IMG/VR virus record: IMGVR_UViG_3300025150_000004
Coordinates: 64,001 to 128,000 of that record
Strand: one strand, 5' to 3'
Source of the DNA: a virus
Length of the DNA stretch: 64,000 nucleotides
The position numbers were made by a program, and so were the translations under genes. Below are positions 1-9,800 of this stretch, in pieces (the stretch's first letter is position 1; each line of letters begins with the position of its first letter). The notes beneath the pieces are model-generated. The model was not told where the DNA came from and did no database searches. It saw only the letters and a program-made list of their open reading frames with translations.

Positions 1-4
1 CCTT

Positions 5-979
5 GTGATGGTCACGGCGAACAACGTCTACGACGGGACCGGAACCCTCGTGCCGCAGCAGGCCCACCTCATGCGCCAGGGGGCCTTCAAGTCCCTGGCC
101 GAAAAGGAGGCAGCCCTGGAGGCCGGGGAGCGGAAGAAGTTCGCCGTTCACCTCGCCAAGCAGGTCAAGGCAGGGCTCCTCACCAAGGAGGAGGCCCAGA
201 AGATCCTCGCTCTGGACAAGCCGGTCCACGAGCTTCGCCGGGTGGCCACCATGGCCATTCAGACGGCTGGGCAGCACCGGAAGGTCAAGATGGAGGCCGC
301 CGAGCAGCGGGACTACTCGGGGCCGGAGTACCGGCCTGCGGAGCAGCGGGTCTCGGCCGTTCCCGACCTCACCGCCTACCAGAAGAAGGTCATTGCCCAC
401 GCCGAGAAGACCGGCATCGACGCCCGGGAGTTCTTCGCTCTCCTGCGCTACGCCAGCCGGGAGATGAACGAGGGCATGATGGGCAAGACCCTCACTGCCA
501 TGCTCGACGTGCGGTTCACCCAGGGCCTCCTGAAGGCTGCCGAGCCCCTCCTGCGAGAGCTACGGGCCGAGCACGAGGGGCTGGCGGGGACGGTCTACGT
601 GGACGCCTCTGCCTATGCCTCTCCGTCGGGGGTCAAGGGATGTGAGGGTGGGGCTCTCAAGCATCGGGCGAACCAGATCAAGACGGTCCTGGCCATGCCT
701 CGTTGTGGCGGGTGCGTCCATGCCCGGGAGGGTATGTGCTCGATCTACGGCAAGCCGCTCATCAAGGCGGCTTCCGAGGTTCTGCCGGACGTGAAGACCG
801 CCCAGCGGCAGATGCTCCACATGGCGGATGCCTCGGATGCCGAGGTGACGGGCTCCTACTTCAGTCCGAACGAGTTCAACCTGGGCTCGCAGTTGGACAG
901 CATCGACCTGATCGAGCAGGCCCCGGCCGACAAGCTGGGAGAGATCTTGTTCGGCGGGATGCACCTCGGGGAGGAGTGA
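5..979 (+). CDS. Hypothetical phage protein, probably 5'-truncated, with a Cys cluster (CGGC...CSIY)
   Basis: Long ORF with high-GC3 codon usage running from the window edge; a GGAGGAG RBS for the next gene overlaps its end. Confidence 0.7.
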   Translation: MMVTANNVYDGTGTLVPQQAHLMRQGAFKSLAEKEAALEAGERKKFAVHLAKQVKAGLLTKEEAQKILALDKPVHELRRVATMAIQTAGQHRKVKMEAAEQRDYSGPEYRPAEQRVSAVPDLTAYQKKVIAHAEKTGIDAREFFALLRYASREMNEGMMGKTLTAMLDVRFTQGLLKAAEPLLRELRAEHEGLAGTVYVDASAYASPSGVKGCEGGALKHRANQIKTVLAMPRCGGCVHAREGMCSIYGKPLIKAASEVLPDVKTAQRQMLHMADASDAEVTGSYFSPNEFNLGSQLDSIDLIEQAPADKLGEILFGGMHLGEE

Positions 980-981
980 AC

Positions 982-1554
982 ATGAACCGAGGAAGCAGAA
1001 ACGACCAGCGATTGGTCAGCCCGGCTTCCGGGTTCGCCAACCGGCTCGTGGCCAACCTGGCAGCGGGAGGGTCTCCCGACAAGGGGGCACCTTTCAACGC
1101 TCAGACCATCCGAACGGCCTGGTCCTCTCGGAGCCTCTCCGAGGGAAACCGGCCTGGGTTCCAGGCGAGCATGACCCGGACCCTCGGGCAGGATTTCCGG
1201 CCGGTGATGCAGATCACCGTGAGCGACAACGATTTCTCCACGGGAGCCTGCCTGCTCAAGATCGGGGACTACGTGTTCGTGGCCGGAGTGGACTACCTGG
1301 TGGGGGCTCTCGCAGCCAACACGGCCACCAACCTGTCGGCGGCCCTGGACCGCATCCCGGGGTGGAACTCCACGGTTGTGGGGGCCGACATCCAGGTCTC
1401 GTACCCGCACCCGGGTCGGATTCGCTACGAAGTGCGGCACTTGGGGACCATTGCGAACCTCACTCTGGCCGGTCCAGGCGGAGCGGCTTTCGAGCGGGCG
1501 GACCTCATGAGCTACAGCGCCATCGAACCCACTCCGCCCATCGTGACGCCGTGA
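982..1554 (+). CDS. Hypothetical, possibly structural protein
   Basis: ATG at 982 after GGAGGAG; the 703 start in the track is an upstream extension. ANTATNLSAAL resembles a segment of the 38608 structural protein. Confidence 0.6.
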   Translation: MNRGSRNDQRLVSPASGFANRLVANLAAGGSPDKGAPFNAQTIRTAWSSRSLSEGNRPGFQASMTRTLGQDFRPVMQITVSDNDFSTGACLLKIGDYVFVAGVDYLVGALAANTATNLSAALDRIPGWNSTVVGADIQVSYPHPGRIRYEVRHLGTIANLTLAGPGGAAFERADLMSYSAIEPTPPIVTP

Positions 1555-1568
1555 GGAGGTAAGGACTG

Positions 1569-2243
1569 ATGGCGGCGCAGAGCAAAAAGGTTCGGGCAGA
1601 CCTCCTGGCAAAGGTTCCGCCGGGGGCTCGTCGAGTCAAGGTCGAGACGGAGAAGGGCGAGACCAAGTACAAGCCCATCGACGAACTCGCCGATACCGAC
1701 ATCATCTGCACCTCGGCAGACGGGGACCCCATCGTCATGCGGGCCAAGCCGGGCCGCAAGGCCAAGGCCGACCCGCAGCCGGTGAACGACACCATCAAGG
1801 AACTGGTCAAGCGCAAGCAGGCGGCCGTCACCACCGACCCCCTTCGGGACGCTGCCGAGAAGGAGCCCGACTCCGAGATCGTCCTCCATGAGGTTCTCAA
1901 GGGCCTGACCGAGGAGGTGGCCTCGCTCCATTTCGAGAGGGCAGAAGCGGAGCGAACCGGCAAAGAGACCAGCCAGATCAGCGTCCGCCGGATCGGTGGT
2001 CTGAAGGCCGTGGCCGAGACCTGGCTCAAGCGCAAGGACCAGATCGCCACCAAGTCCGTGGACCCCGACTCCCCCGGGTTCAAGGCGGCTTTCCAGTTCG
2101 TGCTGGAGACGATGAAGGAGGCCATGCTGTCCGCCGGGCATCGTCCCGAGATGGTGCAGACCGTCTTCTCGAAGTTCAGCAGCATGACGGCCACCGAGTC
2201 CTGGGAGGCAGAACTGAAGGCCCACATCAAGAAGGCGGTGTGA
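1569..2243 (+). CDS. Putative terminase small subunit
   Basis: Helical 224-aa protein immediately upstream of terL with a good RBS; the function call rests on position only. Confidence 0.45.
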   Translation: MAAQSKKVRADLLAKVPPGARRVKVETEKGETKYKPIDELADTDIICTSADGDPIVMRAKPGRKAKADPQPVNDTIKELVKRKQAAVTTDPLRDAAEKEPDSEIVLHEVLKGLTEEVASLHFERAEAERTGKETSQISVRRIGGLKAVAETWLKRKDQIATKSVDPDSPGFKAAFQFVLETMKEAMLSAGHRPEMVQTVFSKFSSMTATESWEAELKAHIKKAV

Positions 2244-2253
2244 GTTACTTCGT

Positions 2254-4215
2254 ATGGGTCTTTCAAGTCTCGCTCTCGACATCGGCCAATCGGTCGCTCC
2301 TGTTCAGGACGCAGTCGCCGACATCATCACCTTCGTCGAGGCCCGTTGGGGTCTGAACCAGAAGCTCTACCCCGTCCAACGGATCATCCTCAAGTGCCAC
2401 TACGGCATCCCGCTGGATGACAACCCGTGGGGGCTCGACCTCAGCCAGCCGGTTCCACTGGGTCATCCCCAGTACGACGAGATCACGACAAAGGAGGGCT
2501 CGGAGAAGGGCTTCTACCGCTGGCGGGTGAAGATCTCCGACTGGCGGCGGGAGAACTGGAGGATCATGTCGGAGGCCGACTACCTCCGAATGCTCTACGA
2601 CGAGGGCCGCTCGAACATCCGAGAAGTGGTTCCTGGCCATGAGCGTCGGGAGATGGTGCTCTCCATCGGCCGCCGGTCCGGCAAAACCCACCTGGCCGCC
2701 TGTGTGGCCGCCTACGAGACCTACAAGCTCATCAAGAAGGGGGACCCGCAGTTCTACTACGGGCTCCCGGTCGGCGAGGTCATCGGCATCATCTCGGTCG
2801 CCACGGACAAAGAGCAGGCCGGGATCCTCTACTCGAAGGTGTCCGGTTACTACAAGGAGTGCCCTTACTTCGGCCCCTACACGGCCAACAACACGATGTC
2901 CTACGCCCGGTTCCAGACCCCCAAGGACATCGAGCGTTACGGCCGGTACATCGAGGACGAGAAGGCCAACGCCACCATTCGGGTGACGTTCCGGCCCTGT
3001 CGAGCCAAGGGTCTTCGAGGCCCTGGCAACATCGTCATCATCCTCGACGAGCTTGCCCACTTCTCGGACGGCGGGCAGTCGTCGGCCAAGGAGGTCTACG
3101 ACGCCGTCACCCCGTCGATTTCTGCCTTCTCCCCCAAGGACCCCGAGGACGCCACGACCCCGACCGGGGACGTGGAGGGGCGGGTTCTCTCGATCTCCAG
3201 CCCCCTGGGCAAGCAGGGCCAGTTCTACACGCTGTTCCAGATCGGCATGAAGGGCGGCAAGGCCGGGGAGAACATGGTGTGCATCCAGGCACCGACCTGG
3301 GAGGTGAACCCGACCGTCCCGTCCAACGAGTTCGAGAAGCACTACCTCAAGGACCCCAACGTTTTCTTCACCGAGTACGGGGGCGAGTTCACCGACCGGA
3401 CCCGGGGCTGGATCGACGATGCGGCCGACCTTCTGGCCTGCGTGGACCCGGCTCATCGCCCGACCGACCGGGGTATGCCTCGCCGTTCCCACTTCGTCGG
3501 CCTCGACTTCGCCCTTGCCGGGGACGGCACGGCCATCGCCATCGGTCACGTCGAGAACGGGGTCATCGTCCTCGATTACCTGGAGGAGATCCGGGCCGGG
3601 GAGGGCAAGTACGCCCACGTCGAGCGCCTGGACTTCGACGAAGTGGCCGATTGGGTCCACGACCTGTCCAGGCGGTTCTACTTCGCCTCGGGTTTGTTCG
3701 ACCAGTGGGCCGGGATCGTGTTCGAGCAGGCGCTCAAGAAGCGGGGCCTCTCCCAGTTGGTGAGCACCCACTTCACGAAGCAGTTGAACAGCCAGTTGTT
3801 CAGCAACTTCAAGGACATGATGTGGGACAAGCGGCTGAAGCTGTACGACTGGCCGAAGCCAAACCCCAGCGCCGGGGACGGGAGCCGGGTCGAGCACTGC
3901 CCGTACATCATGGAGCTTCTGACCCTTCAGGCGGAGTACCAGACCAAGTACATCACGGTCGTCTCCGCCCCCAACGCCCCGGGGAAGCACGACGATATGT
4001 CGGACGCCTTGGTTCGGATGGTCTGGGCGGCCAGTCAGAACATCACCAAGACCCCCTACATCGCTGGGTCTCGGGACAAGCAGGTGCGGGGGCGGACCGT
4101 CCCCAGTCCTGCGGCCGTCCGCAAGGCGTTCATCAAGTCCAAGCGTGTCGGTGGCAGCAGCCCTGATCGGCAGCCCTCCCGCATCAACCGAGGTCGGATT
4201 CGTGGGAGGTTCTGA
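2254..4215 (+). CDS. terL: Terminase large subunit
   Basis: Walker A GRRSGKT, Walker B IILDE, ISSP coupling motif, RNase H-like nuclease motifs GLDFA..D and HDDMSDA. Confidence 0.95.
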   Translation: MGLSSLALDIGQSVAPVQDAVADIITFVEARWGLNQKLYPVQRIILKCHYGIPLDDNPWGLDLSQPVPLGHPQYDEITTKEGSEKGFYRWRVKISDWRRENWRIMSEADYLRMLYDEGRSNIREVVPGHERREMVLSIGRRSGKTHLAACVAAYETYKLIKKGDPQFYYGLPVGEVIGIISVATDKEQAGILYSKVSGYYKECPYFGPYTANNTMSYARFQTPKDIERYGRYIEDEKANATIRVTFRPCRAKGLRGPGNIVIILDELAHFSDGGQSSAKEVYDAVTPSISAFSPKDPEDATTPTGDVEGRVLSISSPLGKQGQFYTLFQIGMKGGKAGENMVCIQAPTWEVNPTVPSNEFEKHYLKDPNVFFTEYGGEFTDRTRGWIDDAADLLACVDPAHRPTDRGMPRRSHFVGLDFALAGDGTAIAIGHVENGVIVLDYLEEIRAGEGKYAHVERLDFDEVADWVHDLSRRFYFASGLFDQWAGIVFEQALKKRGLSQLVSTHFTKQLNSQLFSNFKDMMWDKRLKLYDWPKPNPSAGDGSRVEHCPYIMELLTLQAEYQTKYITVVSAPNAPGKHDDMSDALVRMVWAASQNITKTPYIAGSRDKQVRGRTVPSPAAVRKAFIKSKRVGGSSPDRQPSRINRGRIRGRF

Positions 4216-4472
4216 TGCCGTCTCTCAAGCCCCACGTTCCCCCACGGGCTGACCAGCGCTTCATCCTCAAGCTCGTGCAGATCTCCCTCGGGGACAAGGT
4301 GGAGCACCGCCCTTCGGAGTTTGAGCGCATCTCCCGGGTATTCTCACGTATGGGTGGCTCTTGGGAGCGGATTTTCCGGGGCGGCAGCCCAGAGGACGTG
4401 AACCTGCTCAAGCGAATCCTCAAGGCTGCGGTCAAGCACGGCTACCTCACGAAGAAAGAGGGCTGGAACTAA
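4215..4472 (+). CDS. Hypothetical protein
   Basis: Translationally coupled (TGATG) to terL. Confidence 0.7.
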   Translation: MPSLKPHVPPRADQRFILKLVQISLGDKVEHRPSEFERISRVFSRMGGSWERIFRGGSPEDVNLLKRILKAAVKHGYLTKKEGWN

Positions 4473-4888
4473 TGGCGCTGAAGGACCGCAGAAGGGCCAA
4501 AGCCGAGCAGACCAATCCGGTTGACCGGGAGGTTCAGGGGCACTTGCAGGTAGCCCTCAAGGAGATCGACCGGGCCATGGCCGTTTACGGACGGATCTCC
4601 CGTAGTGCCCGCCAGGAGGACCAGCAGGTCGCCGGGCGGGCTCGGCAGAACAGGGCCATCCTCGAAGCGGCCAAGGCCCAGTTGTCTCGGGTGACCAACC
4701 TGAAGGCGGCTCTCGAACAAGACATTGACCTGCTCCCCGAGACCGTCAGGGAGCAGTTGTCCCGGGAAGCCAGTCTCAAGCGCCGGGCCGAGGATGATGC
4801 CAAGAGGCGGCAGCGCCAGACCGAGGAGTCCGTCCAGAATCTCCTGGCCTCGCTCGGAAAGGGTGCGTCGGGAGCGGCGGCTGAATGA
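4472..4888 (+). CDS. Hypothetical coiled-coil protein
   Basis: TAATG coupling at 4470-4474; its stop overlaps the portal start. Confidence 0.65.
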   Translation: MALKDRRRAKAEQTNPVDREVQGHLQVALKEIDRAMAVYGRISRSARQEDQQVAGRARQNRAILEAAKAQLSRVTNLKAALEQDIDLLPETVREQLSREASLKRRAEDDAKRRQRQTEESVQNLLASLGKGASGAAAE

Positions 4889-6792
4889 GGCGGAACGACC
4901 CCAAGTACACCGTGAAGGTGGCCACCGTCCCCAAACGGGCTGACGTGACCGTCGGCAAGCCTGGGAAGGTGGTGCGGACCGCCATGCGGGCCAAGGTCGC
5001 TTTCCCGATGGCGGGAGGCACCACGCTGGGCTCGGGTGGGAACTTCTACTCTCCCGAGCTTTCGCCGGACTTCCTCGAACTCCCCCAGAGCATCGACGAG
5101 CAGCGGAACTATTACCGCTTCTTCTACGACCACGATCCCTTCGTCGGTCAGGCCATCGACCTCCACAGTGAGCTTCCCCTCTCGAAGCTCCGCCTCCGCA
5201 AGCCCCGGGCGAAAAACAAGGCGTTGGCGGAAGCCTCCATGCGGTTCTGCGAGAGGTGGGTCAAGAGCATCGGCCTGCTCCAACGGCTCCTGGCAATCGT
5301 CCACGACTTTTACCTCATCGGAGAGGTGTTCGTTTTCGCCGAGGACACCAACCCCGAGATGCCCAGGGAGGTCACCCACCAGCCGCACCGGGAGGTGACC
5401 CCGGAAGGCAAGATCATCGACGAGTGGACCGAGAGGGGGGACGCCCGGGAGCGGATGGTCGAGTGGATGAAGAAGAACTACCAGGGCTGGACGGGCCTGC
5501 GTGTTCTTCCTCCCGAGCAGATCCACATCGAGTCGTTCCCGTTCACGGACAAACGGCTCATCGAACTGATCCCCGATTCCAAGACCAAGAGCCTGGTCGA
5601 GCGGGCACGGCAGGGGGACGAGCGGGCGGCCGAGATCGTCGCCACGTACCCGGCCGACATCATCCGGCACGTCCTCGACGGGACCAACATCCCTTTGAAC
5701 ACCAACCCGATGGCGGGGTCGTTCGTCCACTATCTGGCTCGGAAGAGGGCAGATTACGAGCCCCGGGGCAAGAGCCTTCTTCAGCGGGTCCTCCGGGTGC
5801 TCGTGTACCGGGACAAGCTCCGCCAGGCCCAGACAAGCATTGCCTCACGGCACATGACCCCCATCCGCATCGTGTGGGCGGAGGACATGAACGCCGAGCA
5901 GACCGAGGAACTGCGGGAGCAGGTGGACCTGGCCCTTCAGGACCCGGACTTCTCCATCATCGCCAACTTCCAGGTCAACTGGGAGGAGATCGGCGGGGGT
6001 CAGGGGAACCGGCTCCTCGAACTCACGAGCGAGTACGACCTCACCGACCGGCAGATGTACGCAGGGCTCGGGGTTACCGAGTCCCTCCTCTCCGGCGAGT
6101 CGAGCTACTCCGGCGACCGTATCCACCTGGAGGTCATCAACGTCCGCTACCTCCTGCTGCGGGAACTCCTTCAGGACTTCGTGGACCACCACCTCCTCGA
6201 ACCGATGTGCCGTCGGATGGGATTCGTCGAGATCGACGAGGACGGCTACGAGGTGGTCATCCATCCGAGGCTGTCGTTCACCAGGCTGGCCCTACGGGAC
6301 AATCAGGAGACGTTCGACGCCCTGTTCAACCTCTACCAGAAGGGGTCGCTGGACATCGACACCATCCTCGACCTGCTCAACATCGACCCGGACACGGTGC
6401 GGGAGAAGCTGGAGAGGGACTTCGGGACGTTCAACGACGCCACCTTCAACGAGCTTCTCCGAGCCCTCTACAGCCGGGCTGGGGATGCCATCGTCGAGAA
6501 CTCCGACTTCGTCGAGCAGATGGCCGAGCGGATCCACGTCACCTACAAGAAGCCGAAGCCCGAGGGCGTGGCCCGCTTCGCTTCGGTCCAAGGAGACGAT
6601 GGCGAGGCTCAGGACCCGATGGTACTGCTCAAGGGGGCCGTCAAACAGGCCATCAACGAGGTGTGGGCCACCGACCGCCCGCTCACGGGTTCCGATTGGC
6701 CGAGGGCAGCCACCCGGGAGCCCTCGGTTGGCGACCTGGCCCAGCAGGTGGCCGACTTGCAGGCCCAGATCGCCAAGCTCCAGGGTGGCTAG
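4885..6792 (+). CDS. Portal protein
   Basis: 635 aa downstream of terL; N-terminal YRFFYDHDPFVGQAIDLH helix and PRGKSLLQRVL segment typical of portals. Confidence 0.85.
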   Translation: MRRNDPKYTVKVATVPKRADVTVGKPGKVVRTAMRAKVAFPMAGGTTLGSGGNFYSPELSPDFLELPQSIDEQRNYYRFFYDHDPFVGQAIDLHSELPLSKLRLRKPRAKNKALAEASMRFCERWVKSIGLLQRLLAIVHDFYLIGEVFVFAEDTNPEMPREVTHQPHREVTPEGKIIDEWTERGDARERMVEWMKKNYQGWTGLRVLPPEQIHIESFPFTDKRLIELIPDSKTKSLVERARQGDERAAEIVATYPADIIRHVLDGTNIPLNTNPMAGSFVHYLARKRADYEPRGKSLLQRVLRVLVYRDKLRQAQTSIASRHMTPIRIVWAEDMNAEQTEELREQVDLALQDPDFSIIANFQVNWEEIGGGQGNRLLELTSEYDLTDRQMYAGLGVTESLLSGESSYSGDRIHLEVINVRYLLLRELLQDFVDHHLLEPMCRRMGFVEIDEDGYEVVIHPRLSFTRLALRDNQETFDALFNLYQKGSLDIDTILDLLNIDPDTVREKLERDFGTFNDATFNELLRALYSRAGDAIVENSDFVEQMAERIHVTYKKPKPEGVARFASVQGDDGEAQDPMVLLKGAVKQAINEVWATDRPLTGSDWPRAATREPSVGDLAQQVADLQAQIAKLQGG

Positions 6793-6844
6793 CTCGGTTC
6801 CCTGTCTATTGTCCCCGGTGTGACAGGAACCGGAGAGGCGACCC

Positions 6845-9800
6845 GTGGCGATTCCTGACCCCATCCTCGAAGCACAGGCCCGGCGGCTCAAGGCACGGCA
6901 CCAGGTCAGGCAGGAGTGGGCCAATCTCGACCACATCCGCCTGGCCCGCTCGTACCAGGAGTACGTCGAGGAGAAGAAGCGGGACAACGAGCGCCCGCTT
7001 CCCAAGGCCGAGTGGGAGAAGTTCCAGGGGAAAGGGAAGTCCGAGTCCAAGGGACTGAAGTCCCAACCGAAGTCGGACCGGGCCAAGGCTTTTCTCTCGA
7101 AGGCCAACTCGGTCATGAGCAAGGCGTTCGAGGCGGCCTCCCACAAGGTCAAAACGTTCATCGCCGATCCGGTCGAGCGGAAGAAGATGACCCGGGAGAT
7201 GGGCCGGAGCGTGAAGAAGAATGCTCCCCGGGCGGCCAAGGCCATGTGGAACGGGTTCAAGGGCGAGGCCAAGGCCATCGCCGTGGATGCCCCTTCCATC
7301 CTGTTCAAGATGGCCAAGGAGCGCCGCAAGCCCACCAAGAAGGAGCTTCACACGCTCTACGGGGTCGGCGTCTACGCTGCCGGGACAGCCTTGGCTTTTT
7401 CGGGAGCCACCCCTCTGTTGGCGGCAGCCAAGGCGTTTGGGCACAGCATCACCCTGCACGCCACGTTCAAGGCTATCCACACGGTCGCCGACGAGATCTT
7501 CCTCGGGACCGAGGCCGTCGAGTCCGTGGCACTCGCTGGGGGCCTCGGTGACAAGCTCCCTGTGATGACGAGCGACATCCCGGGTCTGAACCACATTTGG
7601 GATTTCATGGCGGAGACAGCCTCCCAGGTCACCAAGCTCCCCATGTTGGTCGCCGCTGAGGGTAAGGAGCCAGAGGGCGAGGAGGAGAAGTTCCTCTACG
7701 ACCTCATGCAGCGGATCTACGAGGAGGCGGGCAAGGTCTTCGAGAACCTCACCGACGAGGACATCGAGGCCATCATGGCGCACGGGGTTGATGCCCCGTC
7801 CGGCTCGAAGTCGGCGGCCTATTTCAACTCTAAGGAAGATCGGTTTTTGTCCTATTTGAAAAATAGGACATGCGAACCAACTGCTCTCAGCCAGGATGTA
7901 CCGACCCTGTCCATGCCCGAGGTTTTTGTAGGGCACACCGGCCAAAACCGCAGCCTCGAAAACGAGGTTTCAGGGTTGCTCCAGCCGAATCCGTTTGTGC
8001 GGTCGAGGGTTGCACAAACCCCTATCTCGCCAAGGAGTTCTGTAGGCAGCATTACCATGCCTGGTACAGATACGGGGACCCCTCAAAGCGATTTCGCACC
8101 TCCAACGGGCAAGGGAGGATCAACACGTCCGGGTACAGGGTCATTACGGTTGACGGCCAGCAAGTCCTCGAACACCGGCACGTCATGGAACAACAGCTTG
8201 GCCGGGCTCTCCTCCCAGGAGAGACCGTCCACCATCTTAATGGACAGCGGTCCGACAACCGGCCCGAGAACCTCGAACTCTGGTCGAGGCACCAGCCAGC
8301 CGGGCAGCGAGTCGAAGACAAGGTCCGCTGGGCACGAGAGATTCTCGGCCGATATGGCGACCTCTATCCTGAGAATCGCTAAGAAATTCGAGTTGAACGT
8401 TGGGGATCCAGTTCTTTACGGGAAGTACAAGAACAAGAAGGGTGTGATCACCGGGTTCAAGACGGATGAGAAGTCTGGTGACCCCATCGTAGTCATCGAG
8501 CCCGTCCCAAAGGGCCGAAAGCAGACCAAAGAACTGAAGTTGTTCAAAGTCCGTTTTGACGAAGAGCGGGCCGACCCTGCCAAGAGGGCCGCCGAGATGT
8601 CCAACCGGGCCTCCGTGGCTCTGATGCGAATGCTCTCCGACATCGCTCGTCGCCTGGGGGCGGCCCAGCACGTCTACGTCGTGGGTGGGGCCGTGCGGAA
8701 CTTCGCCATCGGCGAGCCCATCAAAGACATCGACGTGGTGATCGACTCCGTGTCCCTCGGCAAGGACTCGGAGTGGTTCGCCAACCAGGTGGCCCGAGCC
8801 ATTCCCGCCAAGACCCAGGTGGTCACCGACCAGTACGGGGTCAGCAAGGTCTTCGTACTTTCACCCTGGGAGCTTGCAGGGCACCAGATGCAGGACCCGG
8901 CCCAGGCGGCCGTGGAGATCGCCAACGCCCGCAAGGAGAGCTACGGCGGGGCCGCCGGGAAGGGGTACAAGCCGGATACGGTGGAGCCTGCCACCATCGA
9001 GGAGGACGTTCGTCGCCGGGAGTTCACGTTCAACTGCATGGCTGGGGATACCCTCATCCCCACCGAGAAAGGCATCCTTCGCATCGACCAGATCGCCTCT
9101 CGGGACGGGGGGGATTATCAGGACATCCGCCTGACGGTAGCAGGGCAAGATGGCCCTTCGACTGCGGTGGGGTGGCAGTACAGCGGGTTCGCCCCCACCC
9201 TGCGGGTGACGACCGAGTGGGGTCATTCCTTCTCCTGCACGCACCATCATCCGGTTCTGGTTCTTCGGGGGCACAGCCATGAGTGGGTGCAGGCGGATCA
9301 GCTTGAGGAAGGTGACCTGCTCTGTGTGCCCGTGCGGCAGGTGACGAGGCGAACTCCTCTTGCCCTCGACCTGCCTGACCCGGTGCAGCCAAAGCACGGG
9401 CGGTTCAAGGAAGTCTGCAAGCCCGAGGTGATGACGCCTGAGTTGGCGTTCCTGATTGGGTGTGTGTTGGCCGAGGGGTCTAATACCCACAAGCGGGTGT
9501 CATTCAGCAACTCCGACCCGGCCCTCATCTCCCGATACGTCGAGTGTTTCCACGCTACGTTCGGAGTCCAGCCCTCACGCAACAAAGTGGTCGAGAAGGG
9601 GTCCGTCCGTGTTTTGCGGGGGGTGGAGTTCGTAGCCAATGCCGACGGCTACGACATCTACGCCGACAGCAAGGCAGTGGTTGGGTGGCTGGAAGACCTC
9701 GGCCTGTACTGCGGGGGGTCCAAGAACGGCAAGTCCGCTTCCCACCACAAGGTCGTCCCGTGGTCCATCCTGCAAGCCGATGAGCGCAGCCAAGGGGCGT

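Noticed and set aside
7820-8400. Group I intron carrying the HNH gene
   Set aside because: No non-coding room for a ribozyme core before or after the ORF
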